A stretch of DNA of 64,000 bases from Alphaproteobacteria bacterium (GCA_038131445.1 JAYPPL010000002.1:826-64825); one strand, 5' to 3'. Counted from the first letter of the stretch, positions 10,977 to 21,154 are shown. Numbers and translations are program-made. Notes: generated by a model from the letters alone, not told the origin.

Positions 10977-12862
10977 GGATCGGTGCGGGCCGGTATTTCC
11001 CCGGCCACGACCTCGCGTGCGATGGCTCCCGAGACGGTGTGGAGCCCCGCCGCATCGAGCGCCGCGACAACGGCGCCCGCCAAGCTTCCATGGGGCGGTT
11101 CCGTTGAAGCGCCCAACGCATGAAGCGCGTATAGCGCCGCTTGGCCCCGTAGACCCGCCGCAGCCGAGCGGGCGAGGCCTTCCAGAACTCCCGGTGGGGG
11201 CATCACGACAACCCGGGGCGCACCCGCCGGCACAAGACGCCAATGGTTATCATCCACGGGATCGTCTAGGCTGGACAAAATGGCAAGAACCTTAGCCTGA
11301 TCCGGCGCATCTTCTGCCTCGCCGCCTATCTGCTCAATGCGAGTCTGCTCGATCCAGCGCTCCAGCCTCTCGGCGCTCCAAGGCACGGGCCCACGCGGCA
11401 GGGACACCACCGTCGACTGGTCAGACACGGCCGCCGCGACGCCGGTGTCCGCCGTGAGCGCAATGACCCCGGGCTCAGCGCGTCCGACAGTGCGCATGGC
11501 AGGCCACAGGTTGACGGTCGCCTCTGCAAGCCCCGAAACAATTGGGGCCTGGCGGGTCACCAGCCGGTACCATTCCAGTGCCTTGTCCTTGCGGCCCGCC
11601 CCCAAAGCAACTTCCGCCGCTACAGCGGACAGCCAGCCATATTCCGGCGCAACGGGAATGGTCTCGAGCAAATCCGCCGTAACCAGCGCAGCCACATCGA
11701 ACAAACCAATTTCGCGGGCGCGCGACCACGCTTCTGTCAACGCTTCCGATCGCGGGGTAGGTTCGCCCTGCGCCTCGGCGGCAAGGTACAGATAAGCCAG
11801 TAGACGGTCGGGCCCAGTCTTTGCCGGTTCGACCAGCGCGGCAGCGATATCGCCTTCGCTGGCCCCGAGTCCGGCATAGATATCCTGCACCTGTGCGGCG
11901 CCAAGCACGCCGTGGCGAAGCGCTCGGTGTGCGGCCTGCAGGCGAATGTCGGGATCGAGACCTGCAATGGACAGGATCGCCGGCAGTTGTCCCGGCGGAG
12001 CTTCGGCCACCAGCCAATTGGGCAGCCTTGTCCCCGATGCCACCATTAGCGCAAGGGTCAGCGCGTCCGGGGTGTATTCCTCATCGGGTTCGAGCTCGAT
12101 CTTACCGCTGTCCGACAGCGTCAGCGCCAGACGGGCGAATAACGGATCAGCGGAAATACCCTGCTCCCGCATCAGGTCGAGCCCCAGCGCGGCATGATCG
12201 CTGTTCCCCGCAGCTACCTGGCAGACAATCAGCGCCTGCTGCCAGAACGCGTTGCTATAGGAGCCACGATATCCGTCGGCCACGCCACAGCCTGAGGCAA
12301 TGTCGCCCTGCGCGAAATACGCACGCACCGCTGGCGCGGCAATGCGGTCAGGGACCGAGGTTCCACCGGTCGCGCGCGCGAGTTGCACAGCTTCAGCGGC
12401 GTTACCCATCGCCGCCAGCTTGTCAATGCGATGGCCAAGCAGACCCTGCTCCGCACCACCTAAGCCCTCAGGCTTCGCGGTAGGCGCAAGCGCTGCGGTG
12501 GATAGAAGTCGCCGGGCAAGGTCATGGGCGGCACGATAGGGATAGGCATCGGGCAGGCTGCGCAACAGACGTACGGCATCGACATGGCGTGTGCCTGACC
12601 ACATGTCACCGCCCAGACCACCTGCTTCATCGCTAATGATACCGATGGAATCGTCTTGTACGGCGTCGAGCCCCTGCACCCAGATACTGCCGGGCGCGAT
12701 GTTCCCGCGTGTCGGGCCTTCAGATTGCGAGGCCGGCTGGTCCGGCGTCTCGGTAAAGGGCGAAAGCGGCGAGAGCCGCATCGGCCCGCCACCCTGCTGG
12801 GCTAAAGCCGGCGTGACCGCAGCAGCAGCCAAAACCGCGATATACGGCCAAACACGCGCCAT
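10973..12862 (-). CDS. hypothetical secreted Ala-rich protein (629 aa)
   Basis: ATG at 12862 gives a signal peptide MARVWPYIAVLAAAAVTPALAQ. Long, GC3-rich, helical-looking sequence. Family not recognised. Translationally coupled to xerD. Confidence 0.7.
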   Translation of the reverse strand: MARVWPYIAVLAAAAVTPALAQQGGGPMRLSPLSPFTETPDQPASQSEGPTRGNIAPGSIWVQGLDAVQDDSIGIISDEAGGLGGDMWSGTRHVDAVRLLRSLPDAYPYRAAHDLARRLLSTAALAPTAKPEGLGGAEQGLLGHRIDKLAAMGNAAEAVQLARATGGTSVPDRIAAPAVRAYFAQGDIASGCGVADGYRGSYSNAFWQQALIVCQVAAGNSDHAALGLDLMREQGISADPLFARLALTLSDSGKIELEPDEEYTPDALTLALMVASGTRLPNWLVAEAPPGQLPAILSIAGLDPDIRLQAAHRALRHGVLGAAQVQDIYAGLGASEGDIAAALVEPAKTGPDRLLAYLYLAAEAQGEPTPRSEALTEAWSRAREIGLFDVAALVTADLLETIPVAPEYGWLSAVAAEVALGAGRKDKALEWYRLVTRQAPIVSGLAEATVNLWPAMRTVGRAEPGVIALTADTGVAAAVSDQSTVVSLPRGPVPWSAERLERWIEQTRIEQIGGEAEDAPDQAKVLAILSSLDDPVDDNHWRLVPAGAPRVVVMPPPGVLEGLARSAAAGLRGQAALYALHALGASTEPPHGSLAGAVVAALDAAGLHTVSGAIAREVVAGEIPARTDP

Positions 12863-12867
12863 TTCTG

Positions 12868-12999
12868 TCAGCGCGGAAAACGATCGTTGGGGATCGTCTT
12901 CTCTACCTGTTGGCTCGGAGGGGGGATTTCCCAAGTCGAGAGGAACGCACCCCCAGCGACTACGGCGATCACGAGCACGATTGCCACGAACTTGAACAT
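12868..12999 (-). CDS. small single-pass membrane protein (43 aa), below the ORF-track cut-off
   Basis: ATG 12999 is preceded by GGAGG. Reads MFKFVAIVLVIAVVAGGAFLSTWEIPPPSQQVEKTIPNDRFPR with GC-rich third positions. TGA 12868-12870 lies 5 nt before the next gene's ATG. Confidence 0.55.
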   Translation of the reverse strand: MFKFVAIVLVIAVVAGGAFLSTWEIPPPSQQVEKTIPNDRFPR

Positions 13000-13168
13000 T
13001 CAACCTCCGCATTACATCCTACGCGGCGCTCACGGTCCGAACCGGACTTTCAAAAGAACGGTCTCAACACTCGCGGGGCGCATGCCAAGGCCCTAGAATG
13101 CAGTGCCAAAAATGGCGATTCCATGACACATCGGCCTTTTCGCCGATACATGAGTAAGATAGCAGCAG

Positions 13169-13786
13169 ATGGTCGATTCCGAGCAAGTCAAACCCCGCCC
13201 CCCGGGGGAAAACTCGAGTGCGGGCAAGAACCCCGCCACGGTGTTCGGTGGGAAGTCCATCGTCATGGTGGGCCTTATGGGTGCGGGCAAGTCCGCAATC
13301 GGACGGCGGCTAGCCACAAAGCTGGATATGCCGTTCCTCGATGCCGACAACGAGATCGAGGCCGCTGCGGGCTGCACCATCGAGGAAATCTTCGAAACCC
13401 TCGGGGAAGCCCATTTCCGTGACGGCGAACGCCGCGTGATCGCGCGCATTCTGTCCGGCCCGCCGGTCGTTCTGGCAACGGGCGGCGGCGCGTATATGGA
13501 CGAGACCACCCGCGACCTGATCGCCGAGATGGGTATCTCGGTCTGGCTGCGGGCCCATCTGGATACGCTGGTGCAGCGCACGTCTAAGCGCAGTAACCGC
13601 CCGCTGCTGAAGAGGGACAATCCGGCGAAAATCCTCAAAGACTTGATGAAGGTGCGCCACCCGATCTATGAGCTTTCGGATATCGTCGTAGACAGCAACG
13701 ACGGACCTCCGGAAGATACGGTCGAACGCGTGTGCGCCGCCCTGACGGCCTTCGGCGAACACGGCGCGAAGGGCGCAAAGCCATGA
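13169..13786 (+). CDS. aroK: shikimate kinase
   Basis: P-loop GLMGAGKSAIGRRLA, then DADNEIE...IFETLGEAHFRDGE. Stop overlaps the aroB start as ATGA. Confidence 0.9.
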   Translation: MVDSEQVKPRPPGENSSAGKNPATVFGGKSIVMVGLMGAGKSAIGRRLATKLDMPFLDADNEIEAAAGCTIEEIFETLGEAHFRDGERRVIARILSGPPVVLATGGGAYMDETTRDLIAEMGISVWLRAHLDTLVQRTSKRSNRPLLKRDNPAKILKDLMKVRHPIYELSDIVVDSNDGPPEDTVERVCAALTAFGEHGAKGAKP

Positions 13787-14913
13787 ATGAGATGACGAAT
13801 CCTAACGAGACGGTCCGGGTGAATCTGGACGAGCGGTCCTATGACATCGTGATCGGCCCGGATTTGCTCGACCGGGCCGGCGAATTACTGGCCGCGCGGC
13901 TGGGTGAAAAGCAGGTAGTCATCATCACCGATTCCAATGTCGGGCCGCACTACGCCGAGCGCCTGGAGGAAAGCCTTGGCGCAGCCGGCCATGGCGGGCG
14001 CACCATCCAGATCGACGCGGGTGAACAGTCGAAATCCTTCACCTATCTGGAAAGCCTGCTGAACGACCTGCTAGCCGAAGGCCTCGAGCGCGGCACCGTG
14101 CTAATCGCACTGGGCGGCGGCGTGATCGGCGATCTGACCGGCTTCACGGCCAGCGTCGCGCTGCGCGGGGTCGCGTTCGTGCAGATTCCTACGAGCCTGC
14201 TGGCCCAAGTGGACAGCTCCGTCGGCGGAAAGACGGCCATCAACTCGCCCCACGGCAAGAACCTGATCGGCACTTTTTACCAGCCGCGCCTCGTGATCGC
14301 GGATACGTCCACGCTACAAACCCTGCCACCGCGCGAGTTGGGCGCGGGTTACGCCGAGACCGTCAAATACGGTCTGCTGGGTGACCGGGCCTTCTTCGAC
14401 TGGCTAGAGACGAACGGCGCGGCCGTGATGTCGGGCGATGCGGCGGCGCAGACCCGCGCCATCGTGCGCGCTTGCAAGATGAAGGCTGAAATCGTCAATC
14501 AGGACGAACGCGAGACCGGACGGCGCGCGCTGCTCAATCTCGGTCACACCTTCGCCCATGCGCTGGAAGCGGAGACCGGCTTCGGCAACCGCTTGCTGCA
14601 CGGCGAGGCCGTGTCCATCGGCATGATAGCGGCGTTCGAACTGTCCACCCGCCTTGGCCTGTGCCCGGCGGACGACACCGCGCGCGTGCGCGCACATTTC
14701 GAGGCCGTCGGCCTGCCCACCGGCTTCCCGGACCATCCGGGCGGCGGCTGGAACGCCGAGACCCTGCTCACCCATATGCGGCGCGACAAGAAGGTGCAGG
14801 CCGGCAAGACGACCTTCGTCCTCGTGCGCGGGATCGGCGACGCCTTCCTGACCAACGAGATCGAGCCCGCCGATGTCGCGGGCCTGCTCGACGACATGGC
14901 CGCCGCAGCCTAA
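13783..14913 (+). CDS. aroB: 3-dehydroquinate synthase
   Basis: MNEMTNPNETVRVNLDERSYDIVIG... with GGGVIGDLTGF, SSVGGKTAINSPHGKNLIG and LNLGHTFAHALE. Confidence 0.93.
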   Translation: MNEMTNPNETVRVNLDERSYDIVIGPDLLDRAGELLAARLGEKQVVIITDSNVGPHYAERLEESLGAAGHGGRTIQIDAGEQSKSFTYLESLLNDLLAEGLERGTVLIALGGGVIGDLTGFTASVALRGVAFVQIPTSLLAQVDSSVGGKTAINSPHGKNLIGTFYQPRLVIADTSTLQTLPPRELGAGYAETVKYGLLGDRAFFDWLETNGAAVMSGDAAAQTRAIVRACKMKAEIVNQDERETGRRALLNLGHTFAHALEAETGFGNRLLHGEAVSIGMIAAFELSTRLGLCPADDTARVRAHFEAVGLPTGFPDHPGGGWNAETLLTHMRRDKKVQAGKTTFVLVRGIGDAFLTNEIEPADVAGLLDDMAAAA

Positions 14914-14937
14914 GCGGCCGCAACTCACCTCGGATCC

Positions 14938-16371
14938 ATGGACCCCATCACCTTCACCATCGTCGCGATCTTTTTCCTGCTCGCGTGCTCGGGCTTCTTT
15001 TCTGGCTCCGAGACGGCGCTGACTGCAGCCTCACGGCCGCGCATGCACCAGCTTGCCAGCGACGGCAACAAGCGTGCACGTACCGTCAGCCTTCTGCATG
15101 CCCAGCAGGAACGCCTGATCGGTGGCATCCTGATCGGTAACAACATCGTCAACATTCTAGCCTCGGCACTGGCGACCAGCGTGATGATCCAGCTTTTCGG
15201 CGATGCAGGGGTGGCCTATGCCACCGTCGCGATGACGGTGCTGGTAGTCATCTTCTCCGAGGTGCTACCCAAGACCTATGCCATCCGCCATGCCGACGAT
15301 GTGGCGTTGACCGTCGGCCCGGTCGTCCGCCTGATCATCCTCTTGCTGACCCCGCTGTCCAAGACCATCGAGGTCATCGTCTCGATGCTGCTGCGTCTGC
15401 TTGGCGAAAAGATAACTTCAGCCGAAGACCAGGCGCGAGAGGAAGAACTGCGCGGCGCGATCCGCCTGCACTCCGACACCAATGTCGTCGCAGCACATGA
15501 GGGGCTGATGCTCGGCGGTGTCATGGACCTGGACGATGTGGAGGTCGGCGAGATCATGACCCATCGCATGGATGTGAACATGGTCGATGCCGAGCTGCCC
15601 CCGGGCGAGATCGTAAGCAAGGTCCTCGACTGCCCGCACACGCGCATACCGCTCTGCAGTGGCAACCCCGACAACATCATCGGCGTCCTGCACGCAAAGG
15701 CGCTGCTGCGCGAAGTGCAGAACCACGATGGGCATATCGACGAGATGGACATCGCCGCCGTCGCCGCCGAGCCGTGGTTCATTCCAGAATCCACCGACTG
15801 CCTGAGCCAGCTTCACGAGTTCCGCGCTCGGCGCGAGCACTTCGCACTGGTAGTGGACGAATACGGCGACCTGCAGGGCGTTGTGACCCTGGAAGACATC
15901 ATCGAGGAAATCGTCGGCGAGATCGACGACGAGCACGATATCCCCGTGCCGGGAGTGCGCCGCCAGGCTGACGGATCGTTCATCATCGACGGACGCGTCA
16001 CGATCCGCGACCTCAACCGCGAATTCAACTGGAGCCTGTCCGACGAGGAAGCCTCCACTATCGCGGGCCTCGTGCTCCATGAGGCCCGGTTCATCCCCGA
16101 TGAGGGCCAAAGCTTCGCCGTCGCCGATCTGAAGATCGACGTGCTGCGCCGGGCGGGCAACCAGTTGCGCCAACTGCGCATCACTCCCCGCGTCCTGCCA
16201 GCTGCCGAGACCCGAATGATCCGCGCGCCCGGGTGCGCACGAACGCAAGCCAGAGGATTTCCGTTATGCCATTGCCGCCACCGGCCGAGCGCGAGCACAT
16301 TCACACCCGCACCGTCGAATGCACCGGCTACCGGCGCGCCGACGGGCTATGGGATATCGAAGGCCACCTGA
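14938..16371 (+). CDS. HlyC/CorC family transporter (DUF21-CBS-CorC_HlyC)
   Basis: N-terminal TM domain, CBS pair, and C-terminal IIDGRVTIRDLNREFNWSL...LKIDVLRRAGNQLRQLRITP. The last ~45 codons are Pro/Arg/Ala-rich and overlap the next gene, so the 3-prime end is suspect. Confidence 0.85.
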   Translation: MDPITFTIVAIFFLLACSGFFSGSETALTAASRPRMHQLASDGNKRARTVSLLHAQQERLIGGILIGNNIVNILASALATSVMIQLFGDAGVAYATVAMTVLVVIFSEVLPKTYAIRHADDVALTVGPVVRLIILLLTPLSKTIEVIVSMLLRLLGEKITSAEDQAREEELRGAIRLHSDTNVVAAHEGLMLGGVMDLDDVEVGEIMTHRMDVNMVDAELPPGEIVSKVLDCPHTRIPLCSGNPDNIIGVLHAKALLREVQNHDGHIDEMDIAAVAAEPWFIPESTDCLSQLHEFRARREHFALVVDEYGDLQGVVTLEDIIEEIVGEIDDEHDIPVPGVRRQADGSFIIDGRVTIRDLNREFNWSLSDEEASTIAGLVLHEARFIPDEGQSFAVADLKIDVLRRAGNQLRQLRITPRVLPAAETRMIRAPGCARTQARGFPLCHCRHRPSASTFTPAPSNAPATGAPTGYGISKAT

Positions 16372-16856
16372 CGGATGTGAAGACCTACACGTTCTCGAAC
16401 CGCGAGCGCGGCGATGTGCCACCGGGCGAACCCGTCCATGAAATGTGGCTCCGGCTGACCGTCGATGACGACCTGACCGTGCACGACGTAGAAACGGTGA
16501 CGGACTTCAGCCCCTTCATGACCTGCAAGGGGATCACCGACAACTTCAAGCGACTGATTGGCTTGTCCATCGGTGCCGGCTGGCGCCGTGCCGTGCGCGA
16601 GCGTGTCGGCGGTGTAGAAGGCTGCACCCATATTGTGGAATTGCTAGGCCCGGTCGCCACGACGGCGTTCCAGACAATTTTCCCCCTGAAAGCGCGCGAG
16701 AATCCGGAAGGGCCCGCGGCGAAAGGCCGTCCGCCACGCCTGCTCAACACTTGCCACGCATTTCGCAGTGATGGCGCAAAGGTTCTGGAGTTATGGCCGG
16801 AACACTATGACGGCCCCGCCCCGAAGGGCGGTCCGGCATCAGGTTCGGGCAACTAG
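16266..16856 (+). CDS. DUF2889 domain-containing protein
   Basis: ATG 16266 (MPLPPPAEREHIHTRTVECTGYRRADGLWDIEGHLTDVKTY...GCTHIVELLGP). Family assignment from memory only. Confidence 0.65.
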   Translation: MPLPPPAEREHIHTRTVECTGYRRADGLWDIEGHLTDVKTYTFSNRERGDVPPGEPVHEMWLRLTVDDDLTVHDVETVTDFSPFMTCKGITDNFKRLIGLSIGAGWRRAVRERVGGVEGCTHIVELLGPVATTAFQTIFPLKARENPEGPAAKGRPPRLLNTCHAFRSDGAKVLELWPEHYDGPAPKGGPASGSGN

Positions 16857-16957
16857 GCGCGCGAAGCTAAGCGAACGCGCGCCCGGTCGCGGCGGCATAG
16901 GGCCGCGAGGACCGCGTGAAGAAATTCCGGGCGCAGATCTCTTGCGCGATACGCGCG

Positions 16958-17179
16958 TTACGGCGCGCATCCGAAATCCGCGGCGTAATAACTGGCGATG
17001 AACACGCGGATACCTGCGGTGCGCCCTAGTTCGTCGAGATGGCCGTCGATCATCGTGCAAAGCTGATCGATGTCGAGCTTCTCACGCGCGGAGATTTCGG
17101 TCAGCGCAGTCCAGAATTCAGGTTCGAGGCGCATACTGGTACGCAAGCTGCCCACGGTGATGTTCCGATTGACAAGCAT
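16958..17179 (-). CDS. ribbon-helix-helix domain protein (RHH_4-like)
   Basis: 73 aa; MLVNRNITVGSLRTSMRLEPEFWTALTEISAREKLDIDQLC... matches my memory of the small RHH family. Confidence 0.6.
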   Translation of the reverse strand: MLVNRNITVGSLRTSMRLEPEFWTALTEISAREKLDIDQLCTMIDGHLDELGRTAGIRVFIASYYAADFGCAP

Positions 17180-17277
17180 GGTGTGCTTTTCTCCTCCCCA
17201 GAGAGTGTCTCCAGGTCTTTGAGAAAGTTAGGTTAGGCCCGCCTACCACGTATTGCAACGCATACAATGATATTGTT

Positions 17278-17562
17278 TCAAAAGCAGCCGGCGGCCGCTT
17301 CCTCCGGCGTCAGCGCGCGAAGCGATAACGCGTGTAGACCGCCCTCGAACTCTATATTCAGAAGGCTATACACGGTCCGCTGACGGGTCACGCGCGACTG
17401 ACCGGCGAATGCCGGACTTACAACAGTCACCTTGTAATGGGTTTCACCCCCCTCCCGCGCACCGGCATGACCGGCATGCAGGTGCGATTCATCCTCGATC
17501 TCAAGGGCGTGCGGCTGCAGGGCGGCGACGATGGCGGCGCGAATACGCTCGGCTCGGTTCAT
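17278..17562 (-). CDS. bolA: BolA family protein
   Basis: ATG at 17562. Reads LEIEDESHLHAGHAGA...HYKVTVVSPAFAGQSRVTRQRTVYSLL. Confidence 0.85.
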   Translation of the reverse strand: MNRAERIRAAIVAALQPHALEIEDESHLHAGHAGAREGGETHYKVTVVSPAFAGQSRVTRQRTVYSLLNIEFEGGLHALSLRALTPEEAAAGCF

Positions 17563-17630
17563 GACGGACTCTCCATTCTGATAAGGCCACATTCCTTGCG
17601 TCACAGCGGCCCGGCGGACATATTCCCGGC

Positions 17631-18197
17631 ATGACACGTCGGCGCAAGAAAATCGACCTCGACGACCTGCTGGCCGAAGGGCCCGGCATCAGTGCGCGCG
17701 AGCAGATGTGCGAACATCCAGGCTGCGAACTGCCCGGCGAATTCCGCGCGCCGCGATCGCCTGACGCGCTACGCGACTATCTATGGTTCTGCCTGGACCA
17801 TGTGCGCGCCTATAATATCCAGTGGAACTACTACGCCGACAAGGACGAGGGCGCGATTGAGGCCGACCGGCGCGGCACGGCCTACTGGAACCGCCCGACC
17901 TGGCCGATCAACGGCCGCCGCCCCTTTTCCGGCATGCGCGACCATTTCGGATTTTTCGAATCCGACGCTGAAGAAAAAGAGCGGCGAAAATCGGAACTTC
18001 CGGACTCTGAATATGCGCAAGCTCTTGCTATAATGGGGATGTCGCCGCCGGTCACGATGGACGCCCTCAAGCGGCGTTACAAGGAACTCGTCAAGCAACA
18101 CCACCCCGACACGAACGGGGGCGACAAGCAGGCTGAAGAACGACTCAAGACAATCAATCAAGCCTACGCCACATTGATGGAATCGGCCGGCCCCTAG
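17631..18197 (+). CDS. J domain-containing protein (DnaJ-like co-chaperone)
   Basis: C-terminal J domain with [37 protein letters not shown] (HPD motif). N-terminal Cys/His region CEHPGC...FCLDH. Divergent from bolA. Confidence 0.8.
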   Translation: MTRRRKKIDLDDLLAEGPGISAREQMCEHPGCELPGEFRAPRSPDALRDYLWFCLDHVRAYNIQWNYYADKDEGAIEADRRGTAYWNRPTWPINGRRPFSGMRDHFGFFESDAEEKERRKSELPDSEYAQALAIMGMSPPVTMDALKRRYKELVKQHHPDTNGGDKQAEERLKTINQAYATLMESAGP

Positions 18198-18246
18198 AAT
18201 ACGGGTCCGGACGCTGGAAGAACTTTTGACCGACACGGAACGCGTT

Positions 18247-19254
18247 ATGGAATCTACTGAATCGCTTGCCTCATCTGATATGCCGTCCAGCCCCGTGCCG
18301 GACACCACCGTCTCGGTGCGTGAGGTCTTCGGCATCGATACCGACATGCAGGTTCCGGCCTTCTCGGAAAACACCGTGCATGTCCCGACCCTGGACGAGA
18401 CCTACCGGTTCGACGAGGCGACGACGCTGGCGATCCTGGCGGGCTTCACCCACAACCGGCGCGTGATGATCCAGGGCTATCACGGCACCGGCAAATCGAC
18501 CCATGTGGAACAGGTCGCCGCCCGGCTCAACTGGCCCTGCATCCGCATCAACCTGGACAGCCACATCAGCCGTATCGACCTCATCGGCAAGGACGCGATC
18601 GTGCTGCGCAACGGCGCGCAGGTGACCGAGTTCCGCGAAGGCCTGCTGCCCTGGACGCTGCAGCACCCCTGCGCGCTTGTGTTCGACGAATACGACGCGG
18701 GCCGCCCCGACGTAATGTTCGTGATCCAGCGCGTTCTGGAAGCGGACAGCAAGCTGACCTTGCTTGACCAGAACAAGGTGATCCGCCCGCATCCGAGCTT
18801 CCGCCTGTTCGCGACCGCCAACACGGTTGGCCTCGGTGACACGACGGGCCTCTATCATGGCACCCAGCAAATCAACCAGGCGCAGATGGACCGCTGGAAC
18901 ATCGTGACCACACTGAACTACCTGCCGCATGAGCAAGAAGTCGATATCGTCGCCGCGAAGTGCCCGGAATACGATTCCCCTGAGGGCCGCGATAAGATTT
19001 CCGCGATGGTCGCGACCGCCGACCTGACCCGCGCCGGGTTCGTGGCGGGCGACATTTCCACCGTCATGTCGCCGCGCACGGTCATCACCTGGGCCGAGAA
19101 CTCGCGGATTTTCGATTCGATCCCGCAGGCGTTCCGGGTCACCTTCCTGAACAAGTGCGATGAGGTCGAACGGCCGACCGTGGCCGAATACTACCAGCGC
19201 TGCTTCGGCACCGATCTGGAAGACTCGGTCATCCAGGCAACCGCTGCCCAGTAA
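18247..19254 (+). CDS. cobS: cobaltochelatase subunit CobS-like AAA+ ATPase
   Basis: [18 protein letters not shown]...[45 protein letters not shown] is canonical CobS. ATG 18247 preferred; TTG 18226 is possible. Confidence 0.9.
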   Translation: MESTESLASSDMPSSPVPDTTVSVREVFGIDTDMQVPAFSENTVHVPTLDETYRFDEATTLAILAGFTHNRRVMIQGYHGTGKSTHVEQVAARLNWPCIRINLDSHISRIDLIGKDAIVLRNGAQVTEFREGLLPWTLQHPCALVFDEYDAGRPDVMFVIQRVLEADSKLTLLDQNKVIRPHPSFRLFATANTVGLGDTTGLYHGTQQINQAQMDRWNIVTTLNYLPHEQEVDIVAAKCPEYDSPEGRDKISAMVATADLTRAGFVAGDISTVMSPRTVITWAENSRIFDSIPQAFRVTFLNKCDEVERPTVAEYYQRCFGTDLEDSVIQATAAQ

Positions 19255-19274
19255 CGGCGAGGCGGGAAAGCCCG

Positions 19275-21154
19275 ATGGCCGGAGGCAGAAACAGCACCGA
19301 CGGACCGATGGAGGAATTCCTCCGCATCACCGCGGCGGCGATGCGTGCCGTCTCGCGTGAGCCGGAACTGACGGCGTCCTTTACACCTGACCAGCCCAGC
19401 ATGCAGGGGGGCGAGGCCCGCCTGCCGCTGCCGGCGCGTGACCTGCCGGCGGGCGATGTCAGCATTGTTCGCGGCGAGGCCGACTCCATGGCGCTGCGCA
19501 AGCGCTATCACGACGATGCACTGCACACGGCCACGGTACCCACCGCACCCTCCGCGCGCGCACTTTATGACGCCGTGGAGCAGGCACGCGTGGAGGCCAT
19601 TGGCGCACGGCGGATGTCCGGCATGGCTGACAATCTGGGCGCAGCTCTGGAAGCACGCTGCCGCGACAAGGGCTTCGCTCGGGTCACTGAGCGCGATCAG
19701 GCTCCTATGGCCGATGCAGTCGCCCTGATGGTCCGCGAGGCGCTGACCGGCGTCGAACCGCCGCCGTCAGCGCGCATGATGGTCGATTTGTGGCGTCCAT
19801 TCATCGAATCCAAGATCGGCAAGACCCTTGAAGGCCTCGACGACGAACTCGACAACCAGGAAGCGTTCCAGGACGTCGTCCGACAGATGATTTCCGACCT
19901 GGGCCTGGCCGATGAGGAACTGGCCGCCGAACCGGACACCGACGAGGAATCCGGCGAGGACCAGGAAGAGGCCGAAGGCGAATCTACCGGCGAGGGTGAG
20001 GCCGAAGGCGAAGCGCGCTCCATGGACGGAGCGGGTGAGGACGACGACACCGGGGCCGAAGCCGAGGAAGTCGAGATGCCTTATGAAGACGGCGACGGCG
20101 ACATGGAGCCGGGCGAAGGCGACGAAGACCCCGACGCCCGGGCAAGCCGTGGCGGCCGCCGGAATACGGCCATAACCAGGGCGAACAGTTTGTCTATGGC
20201 GCCTTCACAACCGAATACGACGAGATCGTCGATGCCGAGGAACTTTGCGACCCGGACGAGCTGACGCGCCTGCGCCAGCAGCTAGATCAGCAGCTCGGCC
20301 ACCTGCAGAGTGTTATTTCGCGTCTCGCCAACCGTCTGCAGCGCCGCCTGATGGCCAAGCAGACGCGGACCTGGGAGTTCGACCTTGAGGAAGGCCTGCT
20401 CGACACGGCCCGACTGACGCGCGTGGTGACCAGCCCGTCGCATCCGCTGAGCTACAAGATCGAAAAGGACATGAACTTCCGCGACACTGTGGTCACGCTC
20501 CTGATCGACAATTCCGGCTCGATGCGCGGCCGACCTATCTCGGTCGCGGCGATGAGCGCAGACATCCTGGCGCGCACACTGGAGCGCTGCGGCGTTAAGG
20601 TCGAGATCCTCGGTTTCACCACACGCGCATGGAAAGGCGGCCAGGCCCGTGAGCATTGGCTGTCGGCCGGCAAGCCCGCAAATCCGGGTCGCCTGAACGA
20701 CCTGCGGCATATCATCTATAAGTCCGCCGATGCGCCGTGGCGCCGGGCCCGCAAGAACCTCGGCCTGATGCTGCGCGAGGGCCTGCTGAAGGAAAACATC
20801 GACGGCGAGGCCCTGCTCTGGGCACACAACCGGCTGCTGGCGCGTCCGGAACAGCGCCGTATCCTTATGATCGTTTCCGACGGCGCACCAGTTGACGATT
20901 CCACATTGTCCGTGAACGCGGGCAATTTTCTTGAACGCCATCTGCGCCAAATCATCGAGTGGATCGAGACGGTCTCGCCAGTCGAGCTTCTGGCCATCGG
21001 CATCGGCCACGACGTGACCCGGTACTACCGGCGCGCCGTGACGATCGTCGATGCCGAGCAGCTGGGCGGCACGGTCATGGACCAGCTCGCCGAGCTGTTC
21101 GATGAGGAAGACGGCGCAAGCCGCGGCAGTACACAACCCCGCCGCGTCGCCTAG
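19275..21154 (+). pseudogene. cobT: cobaltochelatase subunit CobT-like (acidic linker plus VWA domain), frame broken by one missing base
   Basis: About 290 N-terminal codons lie in the frame of 19275. The C-terminal part ([17 protein letters not shown] motif) is in the frame of 20351. That frame is open back to about 20100 and reads ...[51 protein letters not shown]. Span is 1880 nt = 3n+2. The shift lies near 20141-20147. Confidence 0.88.

Noticed and set aside
11820-11840. tRNA-like GGTTCGA strings (here and at about 34291)
   Set aside because: Both lie inside well-supported CDSs, and no cloverleaf can be drawn around them. No tRNA genes were found in the window.
19900-20130. Apparent short tandem repeats (GAG/GAC/GGC-rich) in cobT
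   Set aside because: This is the Asp/Glu-rich low-complexity linker typical of CobT proteins, not a repeat element or a CRISPR-like array.
20282-21136. 284-aa minus-strand ORF opposite cobT. Similar long antisense ORFs occur at 31961..33055, 40727..41824, 52411..53649, 15418..16248, 54.. and 61356..62114.
   Set aside because: Each lies wholly inside a well-supported gene on the other strand. Their compositions are Arg/Ala/Gly/His-rich with no recognisable motifs, so I treat them as GC-rich antisense artefacts.
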